From Camelus ferus (taxonomy: Eukaryota), in contig NC_045696.1 of assembly GCF_009834535.1 (NCBI RefSeq), forward strand, positions 78,928,001 to 78,992,000: a DNA stretch of 64,000 nucleotides, written 5' to 3'. How positions within the stretch are numbered: the stretch's first letter is position 1; the number at the start of each line of letters is the position of its first letter. The notes beneath the pieces are model-generated. The model worked only from the letters and a program-made list of their open reading frames with translations, was not told where the DNA came from and ran no database searches. Shown piece after piece: positions 51,450 to 64,000 of this stretch. The translations under genes and the position numbers were made by a program.

Positions 51450-52985
51450 TGACCTCCGTAGTTTTTGACAAGGTGACTAGTGACAACTCTCTTGAAACAT
51501 CCTCCTTCCTTGTGATGTGAGGTTTTAGTCTTAAAGTTTTCCTCCTATCACTTTGGATACTTTTTGATTTCTTGATTTTTTTCAGGGCTCACTGCTGGAT
51601 CATAGATTGCTTCTTTTATCACTGTGCACTCTTTCTATAGAATCTCATGTACAACCATGACATATGCATGTATGTTCTGACAACTCCAAAGGTGATGTTT
51701 CAGACTTCAATCTCTCTTTGGAGTCTCAAACTGGATTATACCACTGTCTGTCCAGTACCTCCACGGACTATCTACTTGACCAGCTTCCAATGGGAGTATG
51801 TCCACACTGAATTGCCTGTATCACACCAGCTCCCCAACTCAATTGAAAATCTACTCATATCATAACTCTACTTTAAGCACTTGAATGGTTTTCCATTGCT
51901 CTTAGAATAAAAAGAAGAATCTTGCCTCTGACTACAGTACCACATTGTAATCTGCCATGTAAGTGTTTCTCCAGCTTCATCTCAGGTCATTCTCCATCAC
52001 ATTCAGTAATCTTCAGCCAGACTATCCTTTGCTGAGTTCTTCTAATACCCCAAGTTCCTTCCTGAGTCAGACTTTCTGCTCCTATTGTTCTTTCTATCTC
52101 TTTGCCTGGTAAATTCTTTGTCAGATTTCAAGTTTTAGCTTTAACTTTTCAGAAAACCTTCCAGAAACCTTCAGATTAAGCTTGGTTCTTTTGCTTCATG
52201 CTTTCAAAGAACTCTGTTTCTCCTTACCAGCACTTATGAAGTGGGAGGACAGGGGACAGGGCACAACCATTGAAGGAATGACATAGCAACTGAGGACAGG
52301 ACAGATTAGTTAGAACCAAGATGGTGGGAGATTTGACTTCTGGTAGACCTTGAGCCTCATGGCGCACCCACAGGCGCCATGCCATGATAGTTCTAGGCTG
52401 ACTGTAAAAGGTCAAAAAGTGGGTGGAGGGGAGCGTTTCCTGGAAATCCTCGCCCCTTCCTCAAAGTAGTTGGAATCATCCTCCTACCCAGTAGCATGTG
52501 AAATTACTGAGCCCATAAAACCTAACAACCCCGCACCTCGTAGTAGCTCTTGCTCTGTTGCTCTCACCTTCTGAGACGGCCCACACTCTACCTGTGGAGT
52601 GTGTATCTACTCTTACTTTAAATATCCCACACCTCTCGGCTTCTCTCCCTCTCACCTTTCTGAGATGGCTCACATTTCTGCCTATGGAATGTGTATCTCC
52701 TAAGCCATTTTCCCTTCTGACAGACAGACTGCACTCTGTTCATGGAGCATGTATCTCTCTAAGTAAACTTGCTTTCAGTTTACCATGCCTTGTTCTTGAA
52801 TTCTTTCCTGCACGAGGAAGAACCTATTCTCCCAACACTTAGAGCATTCGTTTTACATATATATGTGTGTATTTCATTTTGATCTCCCCCTGAAGACTGC
52901 TTCATAGGACAGCATATCCCCCCTACTCAGTACAGGGCCTTATACAAAATAGGAGTTCAAGAAACATTTTTAGTGGATTAATGTT
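51450..52985 (+). mobile_element. L2 LINE interrupted by a solo LTR
   Basis: aatggttttccattgctcttagaataaaa and ccttccagaaaccttcagatt are L2-like; the L2 3' end (taggagttcaagaaacattt) resumes after 52841. Confidence 0.7.
52237..52837 (+). mobile_element. ERV1 (MER41-like) solo LTR, 601 bp
   Basis: TG...CA termini, perfect 4-bp TSD ctta (52233-52236, 52838-52841); same family as 41952-42561. Confidence 0.93.
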
Positions 52986-53034
52986 CAACAAATGATAGCT
53001 ATTAATAGAGCAACAACAATGATACTAGTTATAA

Positions 53035-53925
53035 TGTATGTTAGTCTATTAAGACTACCATAACTAATACCACAAACTTGGAGGTTTAAACAACAGAAAT
53101 TTATTTTTTTCCCAGTTGTGGAGACTGGGAAGTTCAAGATCACAGTGCTGGTCAGTTGGGTTCCCGGTTTGAAGAGAGCCACCTTCTTGCTTTGTCCCAC
53201 ATGTCAGAGAGAATGAGCTCTCTCTGCCTCTGCTTACAAGGTCCTGATCCTATTGGATGAGGGCCCACTCTTATGACCTTATTTAATCTTGATTACCTTT
53301 TAAAGAATTTATCTCCAGATACAATCACACTGAGGGTTAGGACTTGGCATACAAATTGCAGAACCAGTGGGCACTCTCTGGAATCATAAAATCTCCAATC
53401 CTGAGCTCTCTGTGTGCCCGGCACCTATGACACCTTAACCCCAACTCCCCACTGCAGGACCCTCTGCATACCTGCATTTCTGCCAGATGAAAACATCTTC
53501 TCTTGATGTGTGTTTACCCTAACAAAACTCATCACCCCAGGAGACAGCCCCTCTCACAATGCCCTAGGTGACAGGTCTCACATCCTGCCCTTATCAAAGT
53601 CATAAAACCTATTATTCAGAGAAGTCCCTGACAGATCCTACAACCAATCAGGAACCAGTGCACAAGTTGATCATGCAGCCCATAATCCTTGTGTGCACAG
53701 ACCCCACCCCCCGACCCTGGGCAATAAAGGACCCTGCACGGCTCCTGGCGTTCACACAGGTACCTCTCACCTGTGTGGCCTGCTGTTGCCAATAGCAGCA
53801 TAACTATTAAACTTTCCTAAACTTTTCTTGGTGTCTGGTAATTGTTTACCAGAGAATTTCACATCACTGGCCCATCACATGTGTCCGCAACACAAATTTT
53901 AGGTGAATACAATTCAGTTTATAGG
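53035..53925 (-). mobile_element. MLT1A-like MaLR LTR, interrupted at 53357-53892
   Basis: aataccacaaacttggaggtttaaacaacagaaatttatt...ttatgaccttatttaatctt...tgagggttaggact; resumes ttttaggtgaatacaattcag. Confidence 0.9.
53357..53892 (+). mobile_element. Solo LTR nested in MLT1 (ERVL-class, MER54/MER74-like)
   Basis: TG...CA termini with perfect 5-bp TSD caaat (53352-53356, 53893-53897); CCAAT box, AATAAA/ATTAAA signals. Confidence 0.85.
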
Positions 53926-54642
53926 ATGTTTCATAAAAGAGTTAAGACTTAAGATGTGCCAAAATATGTGGGAGAAGGCAGTTGAAGTATACTGTATATA
54001 TTCATAGATTTTAAAAGCCAACAGAAGTGTTGATTAGTGCAGGGGCATTAAGAAATAACTGCAGAGTCCTGGGATTGAACCCTGACCAGTAGAGTTCCAC
54101 AGGAAGATTAATACAATCGCTCTGGGCAGAATGGGTGAGATGGGATCTGGCTATGATATTCACCTGAGCAGGAGGCATGGAGGCAAGAGCTTCAGTGACA
54201 ATGGAATAGATGGAAGAGCCATTCTAGGAAAATTTTCATAGGAAGAGAAAACAAACTTACACCTTGGAAGAACAAAATACAGTTACAACTCTATGAGGCA
54301 AGAAGGCGAACAAAGAACTGCAACAATGAGGAGGCTGTGAAGACATTTTTTTTAAGTTGAGAACCGACCTCAAGGCAAAGTTGCAAGGAAAACAGAACAG
54401 CCCCTTGACAACAAACTCAGCACTGATTGCCCACTGGCAGAAATCGTTGACCACCTCACCAGCTGCAGGGGCTCTCTGCTCTCTTTCTCCTGTAATTCAC
54501 CAGTGACAAATCCCAAAGTTCTGCCTACTCAGGTGACTATCACTTTTTCTGCTTTTGACACTGGTTTTCATCCTTAGACCTGCCAGCGAGTGACTCTCTC
54601 TCTTTGCCTTGAAATCTCCAATTATGAATCCTGGTGAGTTGG

Positions 54643-55457
54643 TGTGGTGTAATAAATATGGGTGGTCTTTGTTCCTGGTTCACTGAACAGTCTCTGAAAC
54701 CTTTGGAATTTCCTTAGGGATAGGGGTGTTATTCTTAAGAAGCTCCTGCTGCGCACACCTGAGTTATGCTTATGAGGTGACAGGGTGGGGTAGAGAGAGA
54801 GAGAGAGAGAGTGTGTGTGTCTCGGGGTGAGGCTGGTCACCAGAAAGACCCAGTGACTAGAGGGCTAGAATTCTCAGCCCCACCCACCACCTCCAGGAAG
54901 GGAGGCGGGCAGAGCAGGCTGGAGACTGAACTCTAGAAAAACTCTTGAACAAGTAATTTGTTGAACTTCTGGGTTGGTGACTATGTGGAGGTGCTAGAAG
55001 GGCGTGCACCAGAGATAGCAAGGAAGCCCTAACCCTTCCCTGCCCACACCCTGCCCCATGCGTACCTGCCATCTGGCTGTTTCTAGGCAGTGTCCTCTTA
55101 CAATGAACCAGCATGTGTAAGTAAATGCCCCCCTGAGTTCTGTGAGCCATTCTAGTACATTATCAAACCCGAGAGTGGGATCGTGGGAACTCCTAGTTTA
55201 TAGCTGGTTGGTCCAAAGTGTCAGACAACCTGAATGAGACTGGCACCGGCAGTGGGGGCACTCTTATAGGATGGAGCCCTTAATCCGTGGGATTTGATGC
55301 TATCTGCAGGTAGACAGTGTCAGAATTGAGTTAACTTTGTAGGACACTCAGTTGTTGTCTGCTGAGAAATAAAGAATTGCTTGATATAAAAAAATCCCCA
55401 CACATCCAGGATTAGAAGTATGGAGAAAAGAGAAGAAAAACAGAGTCTTCCCTTACA
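54643..55457 (+). mobile_element. MER21-like ERVL solo LTR, 815 bp
   Basis: TG...CA termini, perfect 5-bp TSD gttgg (54638-54642, 55458-55462); ggctggtcaccagaaagacc, ctgagttctgtgagccattctag, aggtagacagtgtcagaattgag. Confidence 0.9.
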
Positions 55458-58312
55458 GTTGGAGTCTACACCAGAGAGAGTCATGTTAGGTGAATTTAGC
55501 TCAGATTAAACATCTAAGGTTATACTTGCCAACTACCTAAATGCATGACTGGTAGCATGTGGCATCCCCATGCTTGGTGGCTCCAAATTATGCTCAAATA
55601 CCAATGGATATTTGAATATATGCTTCCTGTCTTAAAAAGCTTTCTCCGTATCCATTTAAGAATGGGACACTTAGTTACTTGTTTATCTATTTATTTTCTT
55701 TGTTTTTAAATAATATACTGCTGAAACAAAAATTTTTTGCACCTCTGTGACTATTAAATCACAATAGTGTAGTTATAGTAGCTATTAAAAAAAGAGAGAG
55801 AGAAAGAAATCTCTCTTCTCTCTGTTATCTAAAAACCATAAACTAAGGGAGGCTAGGAATGATCGTCCATGTGAGGGAGAAGCCAGAACTAGTAATCTTT
55901 GCTTTAGGAGATCTAGCTACAGGTTTTGGCTTAAGAACAATGACATTGTTGAATCTGAAGGGCAAATTTGCCACGTGATAATCATGAGGATGTCATAAAT
56001 TGCATTCTTTTCTTCTCCCTGAAGAGGTTATTATAGAACAAGGATTATTTTCAAAATGTTATCAGAGAGGCGGGAAAAAGATAATCTCCCCTTCTAGGTA
56101 GAAGATAATAAAAGACGGAAGGATTCCGGTGGATTTTCAGCTAACAGAGGGCACAACCCTTTTTTCAGTTAAAGCAAGAAAGAATGCAGCAAGGTTACAT
56201 TTCCTTTGTATGACCCTGCTGTTTTTATCTTATGGTTATTAAGCCTTTCCTTCATGCTCAAGCTCCTATGGAACATGCAGAAAGCCAGTTTTTGAAATGA
56301 GTTAAAACTCTAGGTTAAAAAATGTTGCTCTCAAGAAGGTTTCCTCCAGAAAGAGAGAAAAAAAAAATTTAGATGCAGGCAGCATTGCACAACTTGCAAT
56401 GTTTTTATGGAGACTGAAAATGGGCCGTGTGACTGGGCTTGGGAAAAATGTTTCCTCATTTTTCTTTTCATCTATTTCCTTATTCCACAGGACATTCTAA
56501 GGCAGCATGATCAAGAGCCAGTCCAGGGGTAAAGGGATTTGGAAGAGGGGAAAGAAAACTCTTTACTTGTGAAAGATGGGAGAAATTTCCCACATATATG
56601 AAACAGAGTAAGAGAATAGATGGAGGAGAGTGTGGGTGTAAATTAGAAGCAGAAACGGCTGCTTGAAAGTGACAAGGGCATGAATAGTGAGTTTGGTTTC
56701 TCGTATTTATATGCTCATGGAGGTTCAGCTCTACAAAGTAAAGAAATTAGAAACCTACGTTCTGGTGGTTCATCCTAGTTTATTATTTTATCCCCATAAA
56801 ATTCCGTGTACCTTAAATGATGGGTGCTTTAATACCTGGGCGCATATAGTTCTCATGGTGTAAGATCCTGGAGGTGCTGAAGTTTAAAAGTGAAAATGAA
56901 TTGTTTATATTTGATGAAAATTCAGTGGTGAGGATTGGAGATTTGAACATTGAGAAATAAATCTCTTCAAGACTAAATTTGACTCCCATAGCTTTGAAGC
57001 AAAGCTTTAAAAATTTTTTTTATTATTATTTTTTATTCCTTTATTCTCTTCCTGTGCTGAGAGCCTACCTTAGAACTATTTTCTAGGGCTGCTCGAAGCT
57101 CAGGTCCCCATCACTGATTGCATTAGCTAATTGCATACACTTGCCAACTTGCCTAGAATACAAATGTGGACCAACGTGGTGATGTTGCCCTGTGCTCCAC
57201 ACACAGCCTTTTCACACAAAGCACAGGTCACCTGACTGGGTGAAAAATCTGTCCGGTCAGTGAATCTCCAGATAAAATGCTGCTGCAGACGACAGCGCTC
57301 TCAGGCACACTCATTCTGCTGAGGACCTGTGGACAGAGTGGAGGTCAAGTAGAGTTGAAAAGGTCAAGTGGCTCTCAGAACCCGCTGCTTTTGTTCTTTC
57401 AAATGCTGTCGCTAGTCACTGCTCCAGAGCAGCAGAAATAATGAGCCTATGCACTTGGCCTGAACCCTCGATGTTTTACCAAATGTGGGTCACGTGCAAG
57501 GCTACCCAGTTGACTCTAAAGGTATCATTCAAGTCGAACTTGAATTTCCACGGCTGTATGGTACTTCCTAGTGCATGAGTTAGGGGAATTTGAAAGCTGC
57601 AGGCTATTAGGTTACTGAAGTGAATGGCTAACATAACAAGGCCCATGGCCCTTGCAGATTCAGACATATGCAGGTCAACTAATGACTGCTGGGCCTTATT
57701 TGACCAAGAGTTGGGAACACAGCCAGCAGAGTCATGTTGAGTGAAGCTCGGATTCAGACTCAAGTCTGAATTTTTCAGATCTGAGTTTTAGTCTTTGTTC
57801 TAGCACTTTTAAGATGTGATAACTTGCCCAATACACTATATTTTTGAGGTTTAAAACTTTACCTTTTGGGGGTTTAACTTGCCTCTGTCGACGTAACCTC
57901 CACAATGCAGAGAAAGAGAGATTTTTCTACAACTCAAATGTGCCCATGTCATATCCTGCTTTAAAATCTCTAATTGTTGCTCAGTGTCACAGGCTAAAAT
58001 TTAAATTCCTTAGGAAGACATAGTAGACCTCTGGCAAATATTTTCTAGAGAGTTAAATTAGTAAATGAATCAATATGACAACTAGATAGGTGGAACTAAT
58101 TACTTACGATAAGACTTCGCATTTTGTGACCACGTGCTCTGTGCTTGACGCCCTGATATTTCACATGATCATCTCACTTAATCTATCAACAACCTCACAC
58201 CTATTTCTAATAATTCTACCTCTATTACTTTATGATATTTGGAATTTAGTCTGTTAATGTTTGTTACTTTTAATGTTAATGGACTTCTTGTGGACTACCT
58301 AGGCATCTGGAC

Positions 58313-58587
58313 CAGAGCTTTGCAAATTGTGAACACCAGTATTCCGTGAGATACAGTTACTACTTCAAAAAGTGTTTAGCCGTCATATTAAGGAATCCTA
58401 TATTAAACAAAGATAGTTATGTTTGTTTACTATAGGCACTTTCTGACCTTTAATTTAAGTTGGTACATTGTGAATATCCAAGGGAAACTACTACAATACT
58501 ATATTACATGACAAAGCAATTCCTTTTGGTTGAACACCCATCTGAGATAGACTAGGATTCCACAGAACACAGTCTGGGAAGTTCTGA
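58313..58587 (+). mobile_element. MER103C-like hAT-Charlie element
   Basis: ttaaacaaag...tttactatagg...cctttaat...cattgtgaatatccaag...ccacagaacacagtctgggaagttctg. Confidence 0.65.
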
Positions 58588-58859
58588 TCTAGATAAATGA
58601 ATGCTAGTGTGGTAACTCTTTGGCAAATACTCCCAGAGCACTTGCTCAGTCAAAAAAAAAAACTTGCTACCCGCTGAGGTTTTGGCTTCTAAGTAAGTCA
58701 TATAGTAAACCTTTGGTCTTCCAGGAAGGAACCCGTGTGTTGAAGCAGTTTTAGAGCACCTAGCTAGAGTGTATGGTATGGGCTAATACAAGTCCAAAGA
58801 AAAGTTAGATACATGGCAAAGATTTCATAGTTCCACGTGAAATTAGAACATTGTCTACT

Positions 58860-59200
58860 TTAATTTGCACAAAATTTTAAGACAAGGGGGATTGAAAAAT
58901 ATGTTACAGTAAACCCAAGTCTATGGCATATTATTAAATGAAAAAGAAACAAAATGAAGAAAGTGCATTATATGATGACTGCATTTATAATGGTAAGAAA
59001 CGTGCACATTTAGAAACAGAGAAATGGATCTGGAAACACACATACAAAATGCACAATGGTGGCTTACTTCTGAGAAGCTGAATTGTGGGGTGATGTGCTG
59101 TGAGTGAAGAAAGATACTCAGTTTTTACTCTAATAGCCTTAGTATTGAGATTTCAGTAACAAACCTGTGTTACTTCTGTACTAATTTTATTTGAATTGAA
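58860..59200 (+). mobile_element. Old L1 (L1ME-like) 3' UTR fragment
   Basis: atattattaaatgaaaaag...tctggaaacacacatacaaaatg...gtgttacttctgta. Confidence 0.6.
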
Positions 59201-59313
59201 TCAGACATATTCTAAGCATGAACAAATAAGATATTCTGGTAGCTTTTTTCCTATTTCCTCTGCCTTACCTACAAATGGAGTATCAATTATTACTGCCTTT
59301 TTAAAAGATTACA

Positions 59314-59444
59314 GATTGTGGACTGTCTCCTTTCAAATTTATTATGATTGTTGGTTTTTCCTATTTGCAAATTAAAAATCAAAGCCAGCAGAGTATGGTC
59401 CATGGAGCAGTATGTACATTGAAGTTAGATTTGGGTTCAAGATC
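59314..59444 (+). repeat. Inverted duplication, left arm
   Basis: Reverse complement of 62249-62377, 9 differences over 131 bp by eye. Confidence 0.95.
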
Positions 59445-59950
59445 ACGCTGGTGGGCAAATGCTAGGAACGTCGTTCTTTCGACAACTTATCTCACCCCCA
59501 TGTTTTTACTGAGCAGCCCAGAATCCTTCAAGAATGACCTCAGGATTTTACTCTTTCACGAAGTGTTTTCTGATTTCGCTCTTTCTCCACTATAAATGAG
59601 TAAGTGGTACTTTCAAAAATGTGAACCTCAGCATTTGTCACAATGTGTTGAATGAAACTGTATAACATTAGCTCGTATCACTAAATTACGTACTGCCAAA
59701 TACATATTTATTTATCTGCTTAGTTCTGAGTCTGCATACGGTAGGGTTCACAGTCAGTGCCCAATTAAGTGTTCAGAAAAAGGATGGCTTTGGTCTCGGA
59801 GTTAGGATGCAAGACATAGTAAGCTCTCTGAGGGCTCTAAACTTGATGCAGGCATGGAGTTAAATGCATACAAATAAGTAAACCACTAAGAAAATTATTA
59901 GGGTCATGAGAGGAATTTGGAGAAAACGCTTGCTATTCCCTCCTCCTGAG

Positions 59951-59977
59951 CAAACAACAACAACAACAACAACAACA
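59951..59977 (+). repeat. (CAA)n microsatellite
   Basis: Seen directly. Confidence 0.95.
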
Positions 59978-62094
59978 AAACACACTGAGCAGTGCTAAAG
60001 GGTAATGGCTCAAATGTTATGAATTTTTACATTAAAAATAAATTTTAAAAAAGAAAAAGTAGCAATTTTAAAAGTTGATGAAAAATCAACAAAAAATAAG
60101 TATTAATGACATCACCCTAATTAGCAGGAAAAAACCCTTCCTTTTGAAACAAATTTATTCCCTACCTATAGGATTTCTTTGTTCTCTATGAAGACAGATT
60201 AGATTCAGATCCCGAAACAGAGTATGGGACTTGAGTATCTGGTAAGATTATATGTTAAATAAAGGACATTTGTAATGGGTAATACAAAAAAAAAATCTAT
60301 GAAAATGAGAGTAGTAGAGTTTCCTTCTAATTTTTGGTGAAATCAACCATATCTTTTTATGGGTTTCAGAGCTTTCCTGCTGGTGGGCAGCAGCACCACA
60401 GGATGTCGCAGAGGTAGCAGGTGTATTAGGCATTGACCTCTTGCAACCCTCATGGCCCATTCCTCACCAGCCATAAGCAGGCTGACTCATTGATCCCAGT
60501 GGTTTCCTTTATATACAAAACTTGAGAAATATCGATCTGTTATTTGAAATCTTCCATTCTTTCACACGAACCAGCTTTTTTGATAAATGCCTATTTCAGA
60601 CGGTAATACAATTAAAGGGAATGACAACAAAACAAACTAGGATATAAAGGTAAAAAATTAATGATCACTGAAATTCAAAATTATCTATGCCCTTGAAGAA
60701 GTGACTTAACCTTTTTTATTCTTACTTTGTTCATAAAATGGATGAAATAATATCTTCCAAGCCTATTTTCATGATTGTTACAAACATCAAATAAAATAAT
60801 GGATGTAAAAGTGCTTTGGACACTGGGTATTATTAAATTATAAGGCTGTCAATATCAGCTTATCAGTTTGCACTTTCCCGCTCTATGGAATAGAAATCAT
60901 TTTACATACATCATTCTGCTACTTCTTCTAAGAAATGAGAAAATATTTTAAGTGAAAGTCATTCAGGACTGAAATGAAATTTAACTGAAATGTGGCTCAT
61001 ATGCCTTCTATTTTAATTGCCATTATCTAAGAATATTTGAATTCTACATATGCACCAAGTTAATACTGAAGACCAAAATCAACATTCAGCTTTCTGTTAT
61101 GTGAGCATAAAGTTTCCAAATACTATTTTGGCCTATGAGTGCCAAAAATGTTCATAAATGTAAAATAATAATGTTGATGCTGTTGTTAATGATGGTGGTG
61201 TTGGTGATAATGGTGATGAGGGTGATAATGATAAAAATCTCTTACATTTGACCAAAATTCTATTTTCCAAAGCTCTTATATTGTCTATCTATCTTACATA
61301 TATTTATAAAAGTGATTATACAAGTCCCCCAGAGGCTACTAAGTTTGGGAATGGAGGGGTTAATAGCTTTCCCTTTGTGCTGAATGGCTTAGATGTTCAA
61401 TATTCCAAGAAATATTTCTTTTGCAAACTTTTAAGAGGTAGATGGCATATATGGAATTTCCTATAAAAACATTTCATTCCATGACCCTACAACATCAGTA
61501 GAATATTGAGAATATTAAGTGTTAAGTATAAATGTTTATGATGCTGTCATCTAATATATAGACACATAGAACCATAGTGCTGGAGATGACCAGAGTCACG
61601 TGCCAGTCTGTTCCACATCTTCATTAAACAGATAGGGCTTTGAAGATCAGAGAAGTTAAATGACAACTTAAGACTTCTTAGCAAATTATAATTTAAACCC
61701 TATAAACTTTTGTCTTTTTTATTCTGTCCTCTGAGATGTAAGAACAGCCCAGGCTTCCTTTGTCTCTGCCCACTCTCTAAGTTAACCCTGCCACCCTTTC
61801 CCTTATCACCTGTTCCAAGACTTTTTTATACCTTTAATTTCTTGGATCAAGGATTCAAAAGTTATCTCCCTGACCTCCAGACTCTCTGATTAAAGGACCT
61901 CTCCATGAATCATTTATCTTTATATGGATTCTGTAATATGGTTTTACATATCTGTTTAACAGATGAGGAAAACAATATCCAGACAGTAAGACTTGTTCAA
62001 GGTCACACAGTAGTTATATGGAGAACCAGGGCTAGAGCCCAAACACTGTCTGATATCTAATCCTATTTTCCCACAGGTTTTAAGTTTTATAAAA

Positions 62095-62310
62095 TAATGG
62101 TTATTATTTATTGAGCTTAAGTGCCACCAGTGTCTTAAAGAAGCACTTTAGTTATCTCATTTAATCCTCTCATTGGCAAATAAGTAAACTCAGGAAGATT
62201 AAATAAAACACTTTTCCAAGGTCACAGTGGTAGCAGGTAGCCACCCAGGATCTGAACCCAAGTCTAACTTCAGTGTACTTACTGCTTCATGGACCACACT
62301 CTGCTGGCTT
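62095..62310 (-). mobile_element. MIR SINE whose 5' head overlaps the inverted duplication
   Basis: tttattgagc...ttatctcatttaatcctc...ccaaggtcacag...ggatctgaacccaagtct. Confidence 0.7.
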
Positions 62311-62377
62311 TGATTTTTAATTTGCAGTAGGAAAAACCAACAATCATAATAAATTTTAAAGGAGACAGTCCACAATC
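62249..62377 (-). repeat. Inverted duplication, right arm
   Basis: Reverse complement of 59314-59444. Confidence 0.95.
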
Positions 62378-62424
62378 ATGGAATGTTAAAAGTCAGTATA
62401 GTCGATAGTCTTTTGCAAACCAGG

Positions 62425-62600
62425 TGGCATGGCTGTCTGTATCAAGGTTTGGAAAACCTAGGTTCCTGTCCAACTTTTACTCTTTGTTGGCTTTGTAACC
62501 TTGAACAAATCCCTCTAAACCGCAGTCTCCTTGCCTTTAACAAATGGATAATGATGCCTACTATTTTGTAGCACAGTACTGAGATTAAGGAATCTGGAGA
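62425..62600 (+). mobile_element. MIR SINE
   Basis: aaacctaggttc...tgtaaccttgaacaa...cagtctccttgcctttaacaaatggataatgatgcctac. Confidence 0.65.
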
Positions 62601-64000
62601 GTCAGAGATCGCCGTGAATGGGGAAATCCTACTCGCTGAGAGAGGAGAGCTAGAAGCATTGCTAGAACCTTCTAGCTGAGAAAAAAATTTGAGTATTAGA
62701 CAGAAACCTGTGTTTGCTGGGTGCATCTGTGAGGAGGACAAGGATAACAGCACCTTACAGACAATGCAGAAATGCATGTAAACTCTGCGGCATAACGTAA
62801 ATGTGACAAACATAAGTAGAAAGTATGTGAGGAAACTCATGTTTACCAAATTTGCACTTTAAGAGGAAACAGATTTTGAAGGAAAGAAAGTGTGTTTATA
62901 TTTGGGGGTTGTTTTTGACAAAGTAATTATTTTTGTAACTTGATCTAGTTGAAACTGAAGTCCTCACTGAGTGAAGCATCAAATAAACTCATATGAAACA
63001 TCCACTTTACAATATTTAGAGCACTCCTGGGAGCTTTGAAACTGTTTATATGCCATTTTAAAACAGAGGATTATGCAAAATGAGAGAAGAGATCATTTTT
63101 ACAACTTCAGTCATATTACTGGGGGATTTAAGTTGATATTCATAGATTGGTATTTTAATAAGTTACCTAAAGTCTCCCCCTTAATGTTTACCATGTACGT
63201 TTGTTCCCGCAGGCTGTGTTTCTGGGAACTTAAATGCCTAAATACTTCTAATACTCTAAAAGCCACAAAAGGTGAAAACAGCCAGGAAATACAAGCAGGT
63301 TGGATCACTGGCATAAAAACTAAAGCTTGTGCATGTACAACACTGAAAAATTAAAACCAGTATCTCAGCCTAAATAAATATGATGTAGAAATATATTTCT
63401 GTTATGCAAGGGTAGTTCCATTTAACATATTGAAAATTTCCAGCTAATCTTTGTACCACTTAATCTAAAAATAGAGAAGGAGGGGGAGACAAAGTTAGAG
63501 AAGAGAGCTTCTGGCAAAATGAAAAATTACCTTTATTAGAGCGGCACCTACCTCTGCTGTGTTGTAGTTAAATTCTGTCTAAGCTGCTGTTATAAATCCT
63601 GATTTCCAAAGATTTATAGCGTGATTATAAAAAGGGCTGATAGAGACTCTTCAAGTTTTCGACCTTTAAGATTTCAGTTGATTCATCCACGTGCAGTTAA
63701 CGATATATAAAAATTTAACAGTGGGCTTATCAAATATCAGAAGAATTTTAAAGTATTATTATACTTCTAAATATTAGGTACCTAAGACCTCTACAAGAAT
63801 CATTTTACTAAATCTGTACAACAGCTCCATGACAGAAGGGCTACTTGCATCCACATTTTAAATAATTAAATTCTCGGAGTAGTTAATTGATTATTCCAAG
63901 GTGAATGAGCTAGTAAGTTACAAAGCCATGATGCAAACCCAGGGAAGTGGATTCTTAACTTCAGTTATTTAACTGTGTAGAAGTTAAGCTCATTAGCTCC

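Noticed and set aside
41744..52842. Similar peptides in ORFs 41744-41947 and 52558-52842 (LPMxCVSPKPFSLL...LEFFPARG)
   Set aside because: Both translate the same LTR R/U5 sequence; not a gene family
56450..56535. Strong plus-strand acceptor (ttccacag|G, 56490) with a 38-nt candidate exon
   Set aside because: Weak donor (GG|GTAAAG), unrecognised peptide and no partner exons
60388..60410. REST/RE1-like cagcaccacaggatg
   Set aside because: Only the left half matches; spacer and right half deviate from GGACAG
62648..62677. 9-bp stem agctagaag/cttctagct
   Set aside because: Isolated short stems of this size are expected by chance in 64 kb
374..63354. Short 60-135 aa ORFs in the track as genes
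   Set aside because: Lengths are as expected by chance, many lie in repeats or microsatellites, and only the L1 ORF2 pieces match known proteins
1..64000. Prokaryote-style novel system (operon, CRISPR array, defence island)
   Set aside because: The sequence is mammalian, repeat-rich and non-coding, with no long ORFs or regularly spaced repeat-spacer arrays

Overview
AT-rich, CpG-poor mammalian DNA, intergenic or deep intronic. I found no recognisable protein-coding exon, RNA gene, CpG island or CRISPR-like array. The only ORFs matching a known protein are LINE-1 ORF2 fragments. The youngest L1 3' UTR resembles camelid (camel/alpaca) L1 as I recall it, and I saw no Alu, B1/B2, Bov-A/tA or PRE-1 SINEs, so a camelid source is likely but only inferred. 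Much of the window is interspersed repeat: MIR, L2, L3/CR1, old and young L1, hAT MITEs, and MaLR/ERVL/ERV1 solo LTRs. Repeat-free blocks between them look like candidate enhancers. Most unusual structures: (1) a 790-bp ERV1-type insert (41772-42561) with an LTR 3' (U5) end at BOTH termini inside a single 4-bp TSD, nested in another LTR; (2) a ~130-bp, ~93%-identical inverted duplication (59314-59444 vs 62249-62377) with decaying flanks; (3) heavily decayed Tc1/mariner transposase and RTE-clade RT remnants, visible only by translating across frameshifts. I cannot support a new multi-gene biological system here. Family names are from memory and need RepeatMasker/Dfam confirmation; boundaries of old repeats are approximate.
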